Notes: generated from the sequence alone by a model not told the origin. DNA of 64,000 bases from an uncultured bacterium (GCA_963707865.1 OY970175.1:822028-886027); one strand, 5' to 3'; shown: positions 38,586 to 47,996, counted from the stretch's first letter. A program made the numbers and translations.

Positions 38586-39236
38586 ATGGAAGAAACCGGC
38601 AAAAACAAGATTGCGCTTAAGAACGCATACGAAATCGGCTATGCAATCTTCCGCGTATGTGGAAGATCCACCAGTGTGGCCCTTAGGGAATCTCTGGAAA
38701 GGCAAGCCCTGTCCCTTTTGGAAGCTGCCTCCGTCGGAAATTATGGCCGCATGGTGACGATTTCCGGCACCATTGAATATCTCGTTCGATTTGGGAGCGA
38801 CGTAGGTTTGATCCACAAGGCGAACGGAGAAACGCTTACTTTCCAGCTCGGAGTGTTGAATGCGGCAATTGCCGGATCGGAGAAACCGGCAGAAATCAGC
38901 GAGGTTCCGCTTGGAGATATTTTTGGCGGGCAAGATGTTTTGTTTCCGGCAAAGCGGCAACACACAGAAGAAGCTGAAAATATACATAATCCGGCAAACA
39001 GTGCAAAAGCTGCAATGCGGCAAGCGGCAATTCTTGAAAAAATCAGGCAATCCGGCAATTGCCGGATTAAGGATATACAGGAACTTTTGCCGGATTGCAG
39101 TGAAAGGACAATCCGTTACGATCTCCAAACCCTCCTTGAGCAAAACCACATAGAAAGGGTTGGGGGCGGAGGGCCTGCCGTGTTGTACCGGATTCGGCAA
39201 GAAAACGGTAACCTTTCCCCCATAGACGCGTTATAA
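38586..39236 (+). CDS. CPR protein with C-terminal DeoR-type winged HTH
   Basis: RQAAILEKIRQSGNCRIKDIQELLPDCSERTIRYDLQTL. Confidence 0.8.
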   Translation: MEETGKNKIALKNAYEIGYAIFRVCGRSTSVALRESLERQALSLLEAASVGNYGRMVTISGTIEYLVRFGSDVGLIHKANGETLTFQLGVLNAAIAGSEKPAEISEVPLGDIFGGQDVLFPAKRQHTEEAENIHNPANSAKAAMRQAAILEKIRQSGNCRIKDIQELLPDCSERTIRYDLQTLLEQNHIERVGGGGPAVLYRIRQENGNLSPIDAL

Positions 39237-39256
39237 TACCAGTAAAGGTTCAGTGT

Positions 39257-39375
39257 GAGGCTGGACCCCTAGTAACCGGGAATCCCCAGAAAACCTAATT
39301 TCTAGTATGCTAGAAACTAGGTCTTCTAGAAGCAAGGTTTACTAGACAACCGGCCTCGCTAAAAGCGAGTTTTTT
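39257..39375 (+). ncRNA. Candidate structured 5' leader/attenuator of the S-layer-like gene
   Basis: Nested stems GAGGCTGG/CCGGCCTC, CTAGTAA/TTACTAG and an 18-bp hairpin at 39288-39327; overlapping CTCGCT/AGCGAG+T6 terminator. Confidence 0.45.
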
Positions 39376-39536
39376 CATTTTTATAGCTACAACCCCGTTT
39401 TCTTCATTCTTCCCGCCGTCGCAACCTCACGGCGATTGCGGACAAGGATGGGGAGAGCGGTCCAGACACAAGTAAAACAACAGAAAGGTCGACGGCCAAA
39501 TGGTCGATATTAGATAAAAAGTCAAAAAACAAATTA

Positions 39537-42500
39537 ATGAATAGTAAAAAATTGATTTCGGTGGCACTCACCGCGACCACAGTTTTGTGGGCGCTGGGGA
39601 TTGCCACCCTTCCTCTCGCGAACGCACAGACCGCATCTGGCCTTCAGGATCAGATCACGGCCTTGCTCGCGCAGATCCAACAGTTGCAGGCGCAATTGGG
39701 AAGCACGCAGGGCATGGGTTCCACGTCTTCGTACTCATTCACCAGCGACCTCACCGTTGGTTCAAAGGGTGCCGACGTGACCGCGCTCCAGCAGCTCCTG
39801 ATTAACAAGGGATACCTTACCGCGGTCTCGGCTCCGACGGGTTACTTCGGGTCTTTGACCCAGGCGGCCTTGGGGAAGTTCCAGGCGGCGAATGGCATCT
39901 CTCCTACAGCCGGATACTTTGGTCCTAAGACCAGGGCATTCGTGAATTCTCTGAGTGTTGGTACGGGTACTGGCACGACGACCACCTATCCAGCTGGTTG
40001 CACTTCGTCGGTTGGCTACAGTCCAACGACTGGTCAATCGTGTGCTTCGGGTACCACCACGACGACGGTGACTCCGCCGGCGACCGGCCTCGCGGTTTCT
40101 CTTAGTTCGTCCAATCCGGCGGCTGGTTCGCTCATCTCTTCCGCTTCGGCGGCAGCGGCGCGCGTTCCGGTCCTCGCGATTAACCTAACGGCGTCCAACT
40201 CGGGCGCGGTAACGGTGACGGACATTAAGGTCCACAAGACGGGCGTCCTTTCAGACAGCTCCATCTCCGGCGCATACTTGGTCCAGAACGGCCAGGTGCT
40301 CTACCAGTACACATCGCTCAACCAGGGCGTTATTGACTTCTCCGGCTTGGCCCTTTCGGTTCCGGCCGGCCAGACGCAGACCCTCTCTGTGGCGATGGAC
40401 CCTTCAACGAACCTTGCTGCCGGCAACACGGTGGGATTTGCAGTAAACGCGGCCTCGGACATCACGGCGGTTGATGCGTCTAACAACGTGCTCACGCCTT
40501 CCGGTGGCTTCCCGCTCCTCGGCAACATCTTCACGGTGACGACGGTCAGCAACCCGTCCCTTGCGTCGTTGACGACGGCATCTACGTCCATCGGGACACA
40601 GGTTACGGCGGGTACGCAGAATAACATCGTCGGCGCGTGGACCTTCACGGGTCAGAACAGCTTGACATACCTCAAGGGCATCAAGTTCACGGTTATCGGT
40701 TCGGCAAACAACGCCGACATCCGGAACGTGAAGCTTAATGTAAACGGCGCGCAGGTGGGTCCCTCCTTGGCGACCGTCGGAGCGAACGGGGTGGCCTACT
40801 TTGACCTCTCGTCCTCTCCTGCGAGCATAAACACCGGAGGCAACAACATCCAGGTGTTTGCGGATGTCATGGGTTCTCCTTCAAAGAACTTCCAGTTTGA
40901 GATTTTGAACTCCTACGACGTCTACGCGATTGACTCGCAGTACAATGTCCCGATCTCAGTATCGGTGGTGGGTGGTGCGGGTACGGTGGTTACGATCCAA
41001 CAGGGTCAGATCACGGTCTCGCAGGACTCCGCGACCCCGACCGGCAACATTGCAGTCGGACAGTCCGGCGTCGTGCTCGCGAAGTTTGACATCTACGCGG
41101 CTGGCGAGCCGGTCAAGGTGAAATTCCTCGGCTTCAAGATCGCCCTCACGAACGTGGCGACGAGTTCTAGCGTGACTGCGTTGAGCAACATGCTCAAGAA
41201 CGTTTCGCTCGTTGATGACGCAGGTGGCCAGGTAGGTACCACCATCAACACGCCTCCGTCGGGCAATACATGTGACGTAACAACGGGTCAGAGTGGATAC
41301 ACGTCCAAATCTGACGGTACGTTCACGTCCGCCACGGTGGCTTACGTTGACTGCTTTGGTACGAACTCTTCGCCGATCAACTACATCATTCCGGCGAATA
41401 CGACTCGGGTGTTGTCCTTGAAGGCCGACATCCAGTCCACGGCGAGCTTCAGCACGATAGCGGCTTCCCTCTTGGCCGAGTCCAGCAACTTGCAGGGCTT
41501 GACCTCGAGCCAGACGGGTTCTTCGTCCGGCGCATCGGGCAGCGCGCTCTCGCTGCAGTCCAGCTTACTCTCTATTTCCGCAAACTCGGCCTACGGTAAT
41601 CAGACCGTTACACCGAACAGCACTGGCGTAAAGATCGGTTCCTACGCGTTCACGGCTTCGTCCGCGAGCGGTGTTCAGATCAACACGGTGAGCATCGAAC
41701 CGGTCAAGAATGGCAGCGGTTCCAGCGACATCCAGAACATGAAAGTCATGATCGGCGGCACGCAGTTCGGCACGACGCAGGGCGTAGTGGCTGACGCGGG
41801 AACGTACACGTTCTCCGGATCCGCCTTCACGGTCCCTGCCGGCGGCACGACCTACGTTGACGTGTATGCCGACATACTCTCCAACGCGACCTCGTCAATG
41901 AGCCCGGCCACTACGCTTACCGGTTGCTCGGGAACAAGCGTTATTTCCTACGGCGCGGTTTCCTGCACTGGCAGCGGTACTGACGGCGAGAACTTGACCG
42001 TTACCTCGAGTGGCGCGACTGTGGCAGTTGGTCTTGACTCCTCCGCTCCTGCGGCAGGTCTACTTGTCATGCCTTCCACAGGGAACTTGCTTGCAGCCTT
42101 CCGCTTCACGGAGACGACGAATGTTGAGAACGTGAAGATTACGGATCTCACGATCAAGCAGACCACGTCCGCGGGGGCTTCCGCGTACCAGAATGTGACG
42201 ATCTCCAACGGTTCCACGGTAGTCGGTACGTCCGGCAGCGCGTCTAGCACGAGCGGCGGCTTCGCGTACGTCTTCCACTTCGGGACCCCGCCCATCGTTC
42301 TACAGAACAACACGCTCGTGCTCACCCTGAAGGGTAATGTGCCGAGTTACACTGATCTCGGCAGCTCGTTGGACAACACGACGTCCACCTTCGGGATTGC
42401 CGCGACGTCTTCGGTAACGGCGTTGGGCGCAAGCTCCAACATCTCGTCGCAGATTTCGGGTACGGCGACCGGCAACACATTGACGGTTCTCCGCACGACG

Positions 42501-43022
42501 CTCACCCCGACCGCGACGGCGCTCGGAAGCCTCACGAGCCGCGTGAAGTCCTCGGTTGACAACCTCGCAACCATCACCCTTGCGGCGAATAACGCCGGAT
42601 CGGCCATGGTACGGACGTTGGCGATCAACTTCAGCGGTAACGCGATCTCTTCAACGGCGACGTCCTCGTTTGTCTTGCGCGACACGAACAATGTTGACGT
42701 GACAGACAGCACGAGCTACGGTGCCGTCCAGACTGGCGGTCCGTGCACGTCGAGCTGTACGCTCACGTGGACGTTCTCCACGAGCACGAATCCGTTGGTC
42801 GTCTCTGCGGGCGGTTCCTACACGCTCACGCTCCAGACGGATGATACCCACAGTTTCGGGGTTGGTGTTGGCAGCGCCTCGGTCAGCTTGAGCGCGACGC
42901 TCCAGACCACGGCGGCATTGACCTACTACGACAACAGCACGGCGACCGGCAGCACAATCAGCTTGCCGAACACCGTGGTGCCGTCCAGTATCACGAACAT
43001 CACGTTCGCGGCTGGGACATAG
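39537..43022 (+). CDS. S-layer-like surface protein, N-terminal peptidoglycan-binding domain plus Ig-like beta domains
   Basis: Signal peptide, LQDQITALLAQIQQLQAQL helix, DLTVGSKGADVTALQQ..GYFGPKTRA, Ser/Thr-rich beta domains, strongly biased codons. Confidence 0.85.
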   Translation: MNSKKLISVALTATTVLWALGIATLPLANAQTASGLQDQITALLAQIQQLQAQLGSTQGMGSTSSYSFTSDLTVGSKGADVTALQQLLINKGYLTAVSAPTGYFGSLTQAALGKFQAANGISPTAGYFGPKTRAFVNSLSVGTGTGTTTTYPAGCTSSVGYSPTTGQSCASGTTTTTVTPPATGLAVSLSSSNPAAGSLISSASAAAARVPVLAINLTASNSGAVTVTDIKVHKTGVLSDSSISGAYLVQNGQVLYQYTSLNQGVIDFSGLALSVPAGQTQTLSVAMDPSTNLAAGNTVGFAVNAASDITAVDASNNVLTPSGGFPLLGNIFTVTTVSNPSLASLTTASTSIGTQVTAGTQNNIVGAWTFTGQNSLTYLKGIKFTVIGSANNADIRNVKLNVNGAQVGPSLATVGANGVAYFDLSSSPASINTGGNNIQVFADVMGSPSKNFQFEILNSYDVYAIDSQYNVPISVSVVGGAGTVVTIQQGQITVSQDSATPTGNIAVGQSGVVLAKFDIYAAGEPVKVKFLGFKIALTNVATSSSVTALSNMLKNVSLVDDAGGQVGTTINTPPSGNTCDVTTGQSGYTSKSDGTFTSATVAYVDCFGTNSSPINYIIPANTTRVLSLKADIQSTASFSTIAASLLAESSNLQGLTSSQTGSSSGASGSALSLQSSLLSISANSAYGNQTVTPNSTGVKIGSYAFTASSASGVQINTVSIEPVKNGSGSSDIQNMKVMIGGTQFGTTQGVVADAGTYTFSGSAFTVPAGGTTYVDVYADILSNATSSMSPATTLTGCSGTSVISYGAVSCTGSGTDGENLTVTSSGATVAVGLDSSAPAAGLLVMPSTGNLLAAFRFTETTNVENVKITDLTIKQTTSAGASAYQNVTISNGSTVVGTSGSASSTSGGFAYVFHFGTPPIVLQNNTLVLTLKGNVPSYTDLGSSLDNTTSTFGIAATSSVTALGASSNISSQISGTATGNTLTVLRTTLTPTATALGSLTSRVKSSVDNLATITLAANNAGSAMVRTLAINFSGNAISSTATSSFVLRDTNNVDVTDSTSYGAVQTGGPCTSSCTLTWTFSTSTNPLVVSAGGSYTLTLQTDDTHSFGVGVGSASVSLSATLQTTAALTYYDNSTATGSTISLPNTVVPSSITNITFAAGT

Positions 43023-43071
43023 TAGTTCTTGTCTGATCTCTTCCTCTCTGCTTGTGACGGAGACGGAAACC

Positions 43072-43103
43072 AAAAGGCCCCCGGGTTATCCCGGGGGTCT
43101 TTT
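43072..43103 (+). terminator. Intrinsic terminator
   Basis: AAAAGGCCCCCGGG-ttat-CCCGGGGGTCTTTT. Confidence 0.85.
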
Positions 43104-43214
43104 GCGTTGTGGGCGGGTGACGTTTTCCCCTTTGCCTCTTTTCCCTCGTATTTGCTATACTTATTGGGAATCAAATAAAGGTCGGGAAATAGTAACCATT
43201 ATCAATGAACAAAT

Positions 43215-43490
43215 ATGAACAAAAAAGGATTGGTTGAGGCGGTGATGAAGGCCGCGGAGATTGAGACGAAAGCGGCGGCGGAAAGGGCGGTGGAGGCCCT
43301 GTTTGACACGATTGTGAAGACCCTGAGCCACGGCGAGGAAGTGGCGGTCACGGGCTTCGGGACGTTCCGTGCTGCAAAGCGCGCCGCGCGCGAGGGCCGG
43401 AACCCGAAGACGGGCGAGAAGATCCAGATCAAGGCCTCCACAAAGCCGAAATTCCGGGCCGGCAAGCTTCTCAAAGAAGCGGTATTGTAG
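43215..43490 (+). CDS. hup: DNA-binding protein HU
   Basis: MNKKGLVEAV, VAVTGFGTF, RAAREGRNPKTGEKIQIKA..PKFRAGK. Confidence 0.96.
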   Translation: MNKKGLVEAVMKAAEIETKAAAERAVEALFDTIVKTLSHGEEVAVTGFGTFRAAKRAAREGRNPKTGEKIQIKASTKPKFRAGKLLKEAVL

Positions 43491-43531
43491 CGAACAAGCG
43501 CGAACAAAGGATCCTTTGTTCTGTATAATCG

Positions 43532-43559
43532 GAAGGGCCCCGCACCGTCGGGGCCCTTC
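43532..43559 (+). terminator. Hairpin after hup (probable terminator)
   Basis: GAAGGGCCCCG-caccgt-CGGGGCCCTTC. Confidence 0.6.
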
Positions 43560-43601
43560 GCGTTTTAGAAAGATTTAATATCCGGTGCGTATAATTGTGG
43601 C

Positions 43602-43901
43602 ATGAAGAAACAAGTTGCGGTGGCGCCGATAGCGGAAAATGTTGAGAACAAAATACTGGTGATACGAGGATGCCGCGTGATGCTGGACGAAGACTTAGCT
43701 GCCATCTATCAAATAAATACGAAACGCCTAAATGAACAAGTGAGGCGCAATAGAGGTCGGTTTCCAAAAGACTTTATGTTTCAACTAACGAAGGATGAAA
43801 CTGATTGTTTGAGGTCGCAAATTGCGACCTCAAAGCGGGTGCGAAGGATACCTACTGGCCCGTTTTTTCGGTGGGCAGGAGCGTCTGCACAATCGTGCTG
43901 A
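43602..43901 (+). pseudogene. Truncated ORF6N-domain (phage antirepressor-like DNA-binding) protein
   Basis: IRGCRVMLDEDLA.IY...TKRLNEQVRRN..RFPKDFMFQLT...LRSQIATS. The usual PYAFTEQG C-terminal part is missing and the frame runs into the convergent gene. Confidence 0.7.
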
Positions 43902-44622
43902 TGTCAAAAAACTTTTGGTAGGCGTCGGAAAGCGATTGGAGCGATTGCTGGATGGTTGCGAGCGACTGGTCGGGGGGCGATGACCGGAGGATGGCGTCTT
44001 CCGCCGCCTGGTTTTCGTCGCGCGCAGTTTGGACGAGCGCTTGGGCGTTCGCAAAATCGCTCTGGAGGTCGTTGTTCGGCGCCGCCTGCGTGAAGAGCGA
44101 AACGAGGTTTCCTATTCCCTGAAGCCGGCTCTCCGCGGCGCTGAAAAGATCCTGGTTCTTTGACCAAAGTATGAAATTCGCCACCTGTCCGGCGAGGGGA
44201 TCGTAATTGGAAGCCCGCCACGCGAGTATTTCTTTTGCGACTGCCTGCGTCCCTGCGACGCCCGCCCCGTTCACTTTCCCAAGTTCAATGTCGTAATAGT
44301 TCATCGCATCGCCGAGTTTTCCCAAGAGTTGCGACTGGAGTGTTTTTGCATCGTTACTCGTTGACGAGACGCTCGTCAGGTCGTCCTCAAGCGTTTGCGG
44401 ATCGGCCTTGGCGCACGTGATTGTTTTCGTGAGGAGCGCTTTCCGTACCGCGAGTTTGGCCACGAGCCCTTGCGCTTCGGCTGCCGTTACGGCATCAAGG
44501 TCGGCGGGCGCGATGACGCAGGATGCGTCAGCGTTCGCGGTCCGCGCCACATGAAGGAAAATTCCCAGGGCGACTGGGAGCGTGATCAAAAACACGATGG
44601 TTTTGACGGATAAGGTTTTCAC
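43852..44622 (-). CDS. Exported helical hypothetical protein (third gene of ECF operon)
   Basis: Signal/TM segment, Cys pair, helical bundle. GTG start a few nt after the upstream stop. Confidence 0.65.
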   Translation of the reverse strand: MKTLSVKTIVFLITLPVALGIFLHVARTANADASCVIAPADLDAVTAAEAQGLVAKLAVRKALLTKTITCAKADPQTLEDDLTSVSSTSNDAKTLQSQLLGKLGDAMNYYDIELGKVNGAGVAGTQAVAKEILAWRASNYDPLAGQVANFILWSKNQDLFSAAESRLQGIGNLVSLFTQAAPNNDLQSDFANAQALVQTARDENQAAEDAILRSSPPDQSLATIQQSLQSLSDAYQKFFDISTIVQTLLPTEKTGQ

Positions 44623-44629
44623 GCCGATG

Positions 44630-45103
44630 TTATTTAGAGAGGCTACGGAGCGCGTCATCAATGCTTACGCTTGAAGTGGCGTTTGAAGTGGCCTCCGTGC
44701 CATTCACTGCGGGAGGCGTGCTCGTGGGCGCCGTTATGGCGCTGCCGGGCTTCGTTCCCGCGACCGCTGCCGTGGAAACCGCCGCCGGCTCGCTGTAGCT
44801 CAGATTGGCGAGCTGAATTTGGATATCAATCGCTTGCGCTTCCGCGCGGAGGCTCTGGGGGTCAATGGCCGAATATCGGGCGGGGGAGAATTCTGATCCG
44901 GGGAATGCGCCCGTGATGAGCAATATAAAAAACCCGGTAAGCGCCACTGCGACCCCGGTTTCAATGATTTTCCAAAAGGTCCGCTGTGCGCTCCACCCGG
45001 CCGCCTTCGGCTCCAGAGCCAAAATCGCCCGCTTGGAAGTTTCCTTGAACGCGGCGTCCGGTTCTATATTTTTAAATTGTTTGAGAATTTCAAAAAGGTT
45101 CAT
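44630..45103 (-). CDS. Putative membrane anti-sigma factor
   Basis: Directly after the ECF sigma; short cytoplasmic N-terminus (IEPDAAFKETSKRAIL), one TM, Ser/Thr tail. Confidence 0.6.
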   Translation of the reverse strand: MNLFEILKQFKNIEPDAAFKETSKRAILALEPKAAGWSAQRTFWKIIETGVAVALTGFFILLITGAFPGSEFSPARYSAIDPQSLRAEAQAIDIQIQLANLSYSEPAAVSTAAVAGTKPGSAITAPTSTPPAVNGTEATSNATSSVSIDDALRSLSK

Positions 45104-45110
45104 GGTTTCA

Positions 45111-45647
45111 TTATGCGGTGAGTATCCGTTGCAGTTCTTTGATCGCCCGATGTTGCATGAGCTTCACTGCCCCTTCGGTTTTCTCCATCGCTCCGGCGGT
45201 TTCCTTGATGGGGAGTTCCTCAATAAATCGGAGGATGATGACGTCTTGGTATTCCGGCTTGAGCGTGGCGAGAACTGCGAACACTCTCTCTGTCTCAAGC
45301 TTCAGAGAAAGGTCAAACTGCGCTGTGGCGGGAATGACGAAGTGTTCGGGATCCATTCTCTCAATGCTCGTCTCGTTTTTCTTTGCACGGTAGTGATCAA
45401 CGATCTGATTCCGCGCGATCTGATAGAGCCAGCTTGAGAACGGATGTCCGCGGTGCTTGTAGCTCCTGATGCCCTGCCATGCCGAGAGGAAAACCTGATG
45501 GGTGATATCCTCGGCGTCCTCACGCCGACCGACCTTCACGAGTACGAACCGATAGATCATCGGCTGATAGTGATCGTAAAGAGGGCCGAACGCCGAGGAT
45601 TTCCCGGCGACAGCTTCCTTGATCAGTTTTGACTCGCTGTCTAACAT
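45111..45647 (-). CDS. ECF RNA polymerase sigma-70 factor
   Basis: AFGPLYDHY..IYRFV, DAEDITHQVF, WLYQIARNQIVDHYR (region 2), region 4 EGAVKLMQHRA. Confidence 0.93.
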   Translation of the reverse strand: MLDSESKLIKEAVAGKSSAFGPLYDHYQPMIYRFVLVKVGRREDAEDITHQVFLSAWQGIRSYKHRGHPFSSWLYQIARNQIVDHYRAKKNETSIERMDPEHFVIPATAQFDLSLKLETERVFAVLATLKPEYQDVIILRFIEELPIKETAGAMEKTEGAVKLMQHRAIKELQRILTA

Positions 45648-45651
45648 AGGG

Positions 45652-45678
45652 AACGTAATATGCCGTGTTCTCGTTACG
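45652..45678 (-). promoter_or_regulatory. Putative autoregulatory ECF promoter
   Basis: CGTAAC-N17-CGTT ending 4 nt before the sigma ATG. Confidence 0.45.
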
Positions 45679-45778
45679 CGGGGCGCAACGACGCCCCCTT
45701 TTCAAGCAAAACGCCCTCTCCATAAGGGCATTTTGCTATTGTCTTCATTGTATACCGTTGCGCCGCCGGGGTCAAAGT

Positions 45779-45852
45779 TGGAGCGGGTAAGGGGAGTCGA
45801 ACCCCTGTCATCTGATTGGCAACCAGATGTAATACCGTTATACGATACCCGC
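45779..45852 (-). tRNA. tRNA-Gly(GCC)
   Basis: GCGGGTA/TACCCGC acceptor, TCTGG-tt GCC aa-TCAGA, GGTTCGACTCC, encoded CCA. Confidence 0.95.
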
Positions 45853-45858
45853 TTGATA

Positions 45859-46530
45859 TCAATCCATTGTAAAATGTTTTGAGAAAAGGTCAATCCATGT
45901 TTGTACTTTGATTTTATATCTCCGACTATTCACCGTCACCATACAAACACCATAAGAAAGCCGTTTGGTCGGATGGAAACCTTTGATGTATTGAGTTTTT
46001 ACAAAAGCATTTTGGGGTAGGAAAGTCGTCTTCGCCCAAAAATTTTTACAATGTGTATCCGATAAGTCTGGGTATAATACCAATCCCAATCTTATTTTGT
46101 TATCAGGAACTTTCAATATTTCTTTCAAAAAAGAAACATAAAGAGCGATAAGCGCTGGAGTAGTATTCGATAACCGCAGAGGATTCTTAGGGTTACTGTC
46201 GCCTTCACCCCAATATAACATAATGCCGGCTGTGAATAAAGAATTATTCTTTAACTTTCTAAATTCTCGTATCGCTTCTTCGTGGGCGACTAGGCCCCAC
46301 TGTTCCCATCTCGCTTTCTGGGCTTTAATGACACGCTTGATGCGTCGCTTACTACGTCGGTTGTTCCTCTCAGTCAGAATCTCTTTAACCTTCCTTGATT
46401 CGGGATCCTTCGCAATCCAATAGGATATCCTCCCCTTTCTGATTCCCAGAATTTCTGAAATTTCATTATAGCTTTTTTGTTTTCTTCGCAGTTCCAGTAT
46501 TCTCTCTTTGAGATTCGAACTACTGCTCAT
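45859..46530 (-). CDS. CPR tRNA-adjacent protein: N-terminal HTH plus LAGLIDADG-like (LYWGEG) domain
   Basis: ILELRRKQKSYNEISEILGI.K..IS.W HTH; AGIMLYWGEGD, LSNT.P, FW, YGVCMV motifs. Low GC. Confidence 0.7.
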   Translation of the reverse strand: MSSSSNLKERILELRRKQKSYNEISEILGIRKGRISYWIAKDPESRKVKEILTERNNRRSKRRIKRVIKAQKARWEQWGLVAHEEAIREFRKLKNNSLFTAGIMLYWGEGDSNPKNPLRLSNTTPALIALYVSFLKEILKVPDNKIRLGLVLYPDLSDTHCKNFWAKTTFLPQNAFVKTQYIKGFHPTKRLSYGVCMVTVNSRRYKIKVQTWIDLFSKHFTMD

Positions 46531-46640
46531 ACCTTAAATATACCACAAGCACAGTTCAGAGCAAGGTATTTGGATACGCCTCATCGCGACTCTTACCTCT
46601 TGTTATCGGCTTGCGCCGTCGCTTCTGCTACAATAGGAAG

Positions 46641-47996
46641 ATGCGCGGCAAACTTCGTTCACTTCTCCGGGAGAAGGTGGTGAAGAACAGTATGCTCTAC
46701 GGCACGACGACGCTCGTCGCGGGCGTGTTTGGCTATCTTTTCCAGTTCGTGATCTCACGGCGGCTCTCCGTTGCCGCGTACGGCGAGTTCCAGAGTTTGA
46801 ACTCGCTTTTCGCCGTGTTCGGTGCGGGGACAGTCGCCCTCAATTATTTTTTCCTTAAATTCTTCCCCGTGTTCGCGAAAGCCCGCGATTATGAGGCGCA
46901 GCGGCAGTTTATGGCATGGATCGGGAAAAAAATATGGCTTATCGTCGGCGTGTTCGCCGCGGTCTTTTTGGCGCTCACCCCGCTTTTGCAGTGGGCGTTG
47001 CATCTTGGGACGCCATGGGGACTTATGTTTGTGATGATCGCCATCGTGCTCAGCATTTGGGGATCACGTTACAGTGCAGCGCTTACCGGTTGGGAATATT
47101 TTTTTGCTGCAGGGAGCATCGCGGTCGCGGCTGCGGTCGCGAAACTCGTTTCTGGCTACTTGATCGCGCTCCACGCCCCCGCAGCTACCCTCATACTTGC
47201 CACATTCGTCATTAGCGTGGCGGTGAGCACGGCCTTCGCGTATTACCTGAATAAAAGGTGGTTTTCCGCGGCGCGGGGGGTAAAAGCGGGCACGGTGGCG
47301 GCGCCGGCGCCGACGGCTGCCGGGCCCGCGTCGCCCTCCTGGCGCGAGCGGTATTACGCCTCGTTTGATATCAAGAAGAACACGTATGCTATCCTCGTGT
47401 TTTCCCTGTTGATCGCGCTCGCAAGCAACGCGGACGTGCTTCTCGTGAAAAATCTGACCTCGGCGGAACTTACGGGATTCTACGGCGCGCTGCGGACCCT
47501 GGGCGCGATCATACTCACCCTGAACGGCGTGATCGTGACCGTTGTGCTCCCCGCCGCCTGCGCCGAAGGGCACGACCGAAAAAGTTTGAACGCGAGAATC
47601 ATATTCTTCGCGTACGCGGGAATATTTTTGATAAGCGCCGGAAGCACCGCGCTCTTCGCTCTCTTTCCGAAACTGTTGATGGGGATGCTCTTTGGGCCAC
47701 AGTATCTTTCCGTGGCGCCGAACCTGTGGCTCTTCGGCCCCCTCGTGTTTTTCCTTTCCGTCCTCACCATGGAGGCGAACTTCTCCTACGCGCGGCACGA
47801 TTATGCCGTCTGCCTGTTCCTTTTCCTCGCGCTCGGGCTTACGGCTGCGGGCATCGCCACATTCCACGCGACGATCGGCGAGGTCGCTCTCGCGACGACC
47901 GCCTCCCTTGCGCTCGGCTGGCTCGCCATTTTTCTCTTCAATCTTTCCCGCCGCCGCAGGCAAATCCTTGAAGTTACGGTGCCGGAGGGCATATAA
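46641..47996 (+). CDS. Oligosaccharide flippase (Wzx/MOP family)
   Basis: About 12 TM; GYLFQFVISRRLSVAAYGEF, DVLLVK..S....GFYGA motifs. Confidence 0.85.
   Translation: MRGKLRSLLREKVVKNSMLYGTTTLVAGVFGYLFQFVISRRLSVAAYGEFQSLNSLFAVFGAGTVALNYFFLKFFPVFAKARDYEAQRQFMAWIGKKIWLIVGVFAAVFLALTPLLQWALHLGTPWGLMFVMIAIVLSIWGSRYSAALTGWEYFFAAGSIAVAAAVAKLVSGYLIALHAPAATLILATFVISVAVSTAFAYYLNKRWFSAARGVKAGTVAAPAPTAAGPASPSWRERYYASFDIKKNTYAILVFSLLIALASNADVLLVKNLTSAELTGFYGALRTLGAIILTLNGVIVTVVLPAACAEGHDRKSLNARIIFFAYAGIFLISAGSTALFALFPKLLMGMLFGPQYLSVAPNLWLFGPLVFFLSVLTMEANFSYARHDYAVCLFLFLALGLTAAGIATFHATIGEVALATTASLALGWLAIFLFNLSRRRRQILEVTVPEGI

Noticed and set aside
43583-43610. dif-like site (GGTGCGTATAA resembles a XerC arm)
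   Set aside because: No TTATGTTAAAT arm at 6-bp spacing; better explained as the -10 box of the ORF6N gene.
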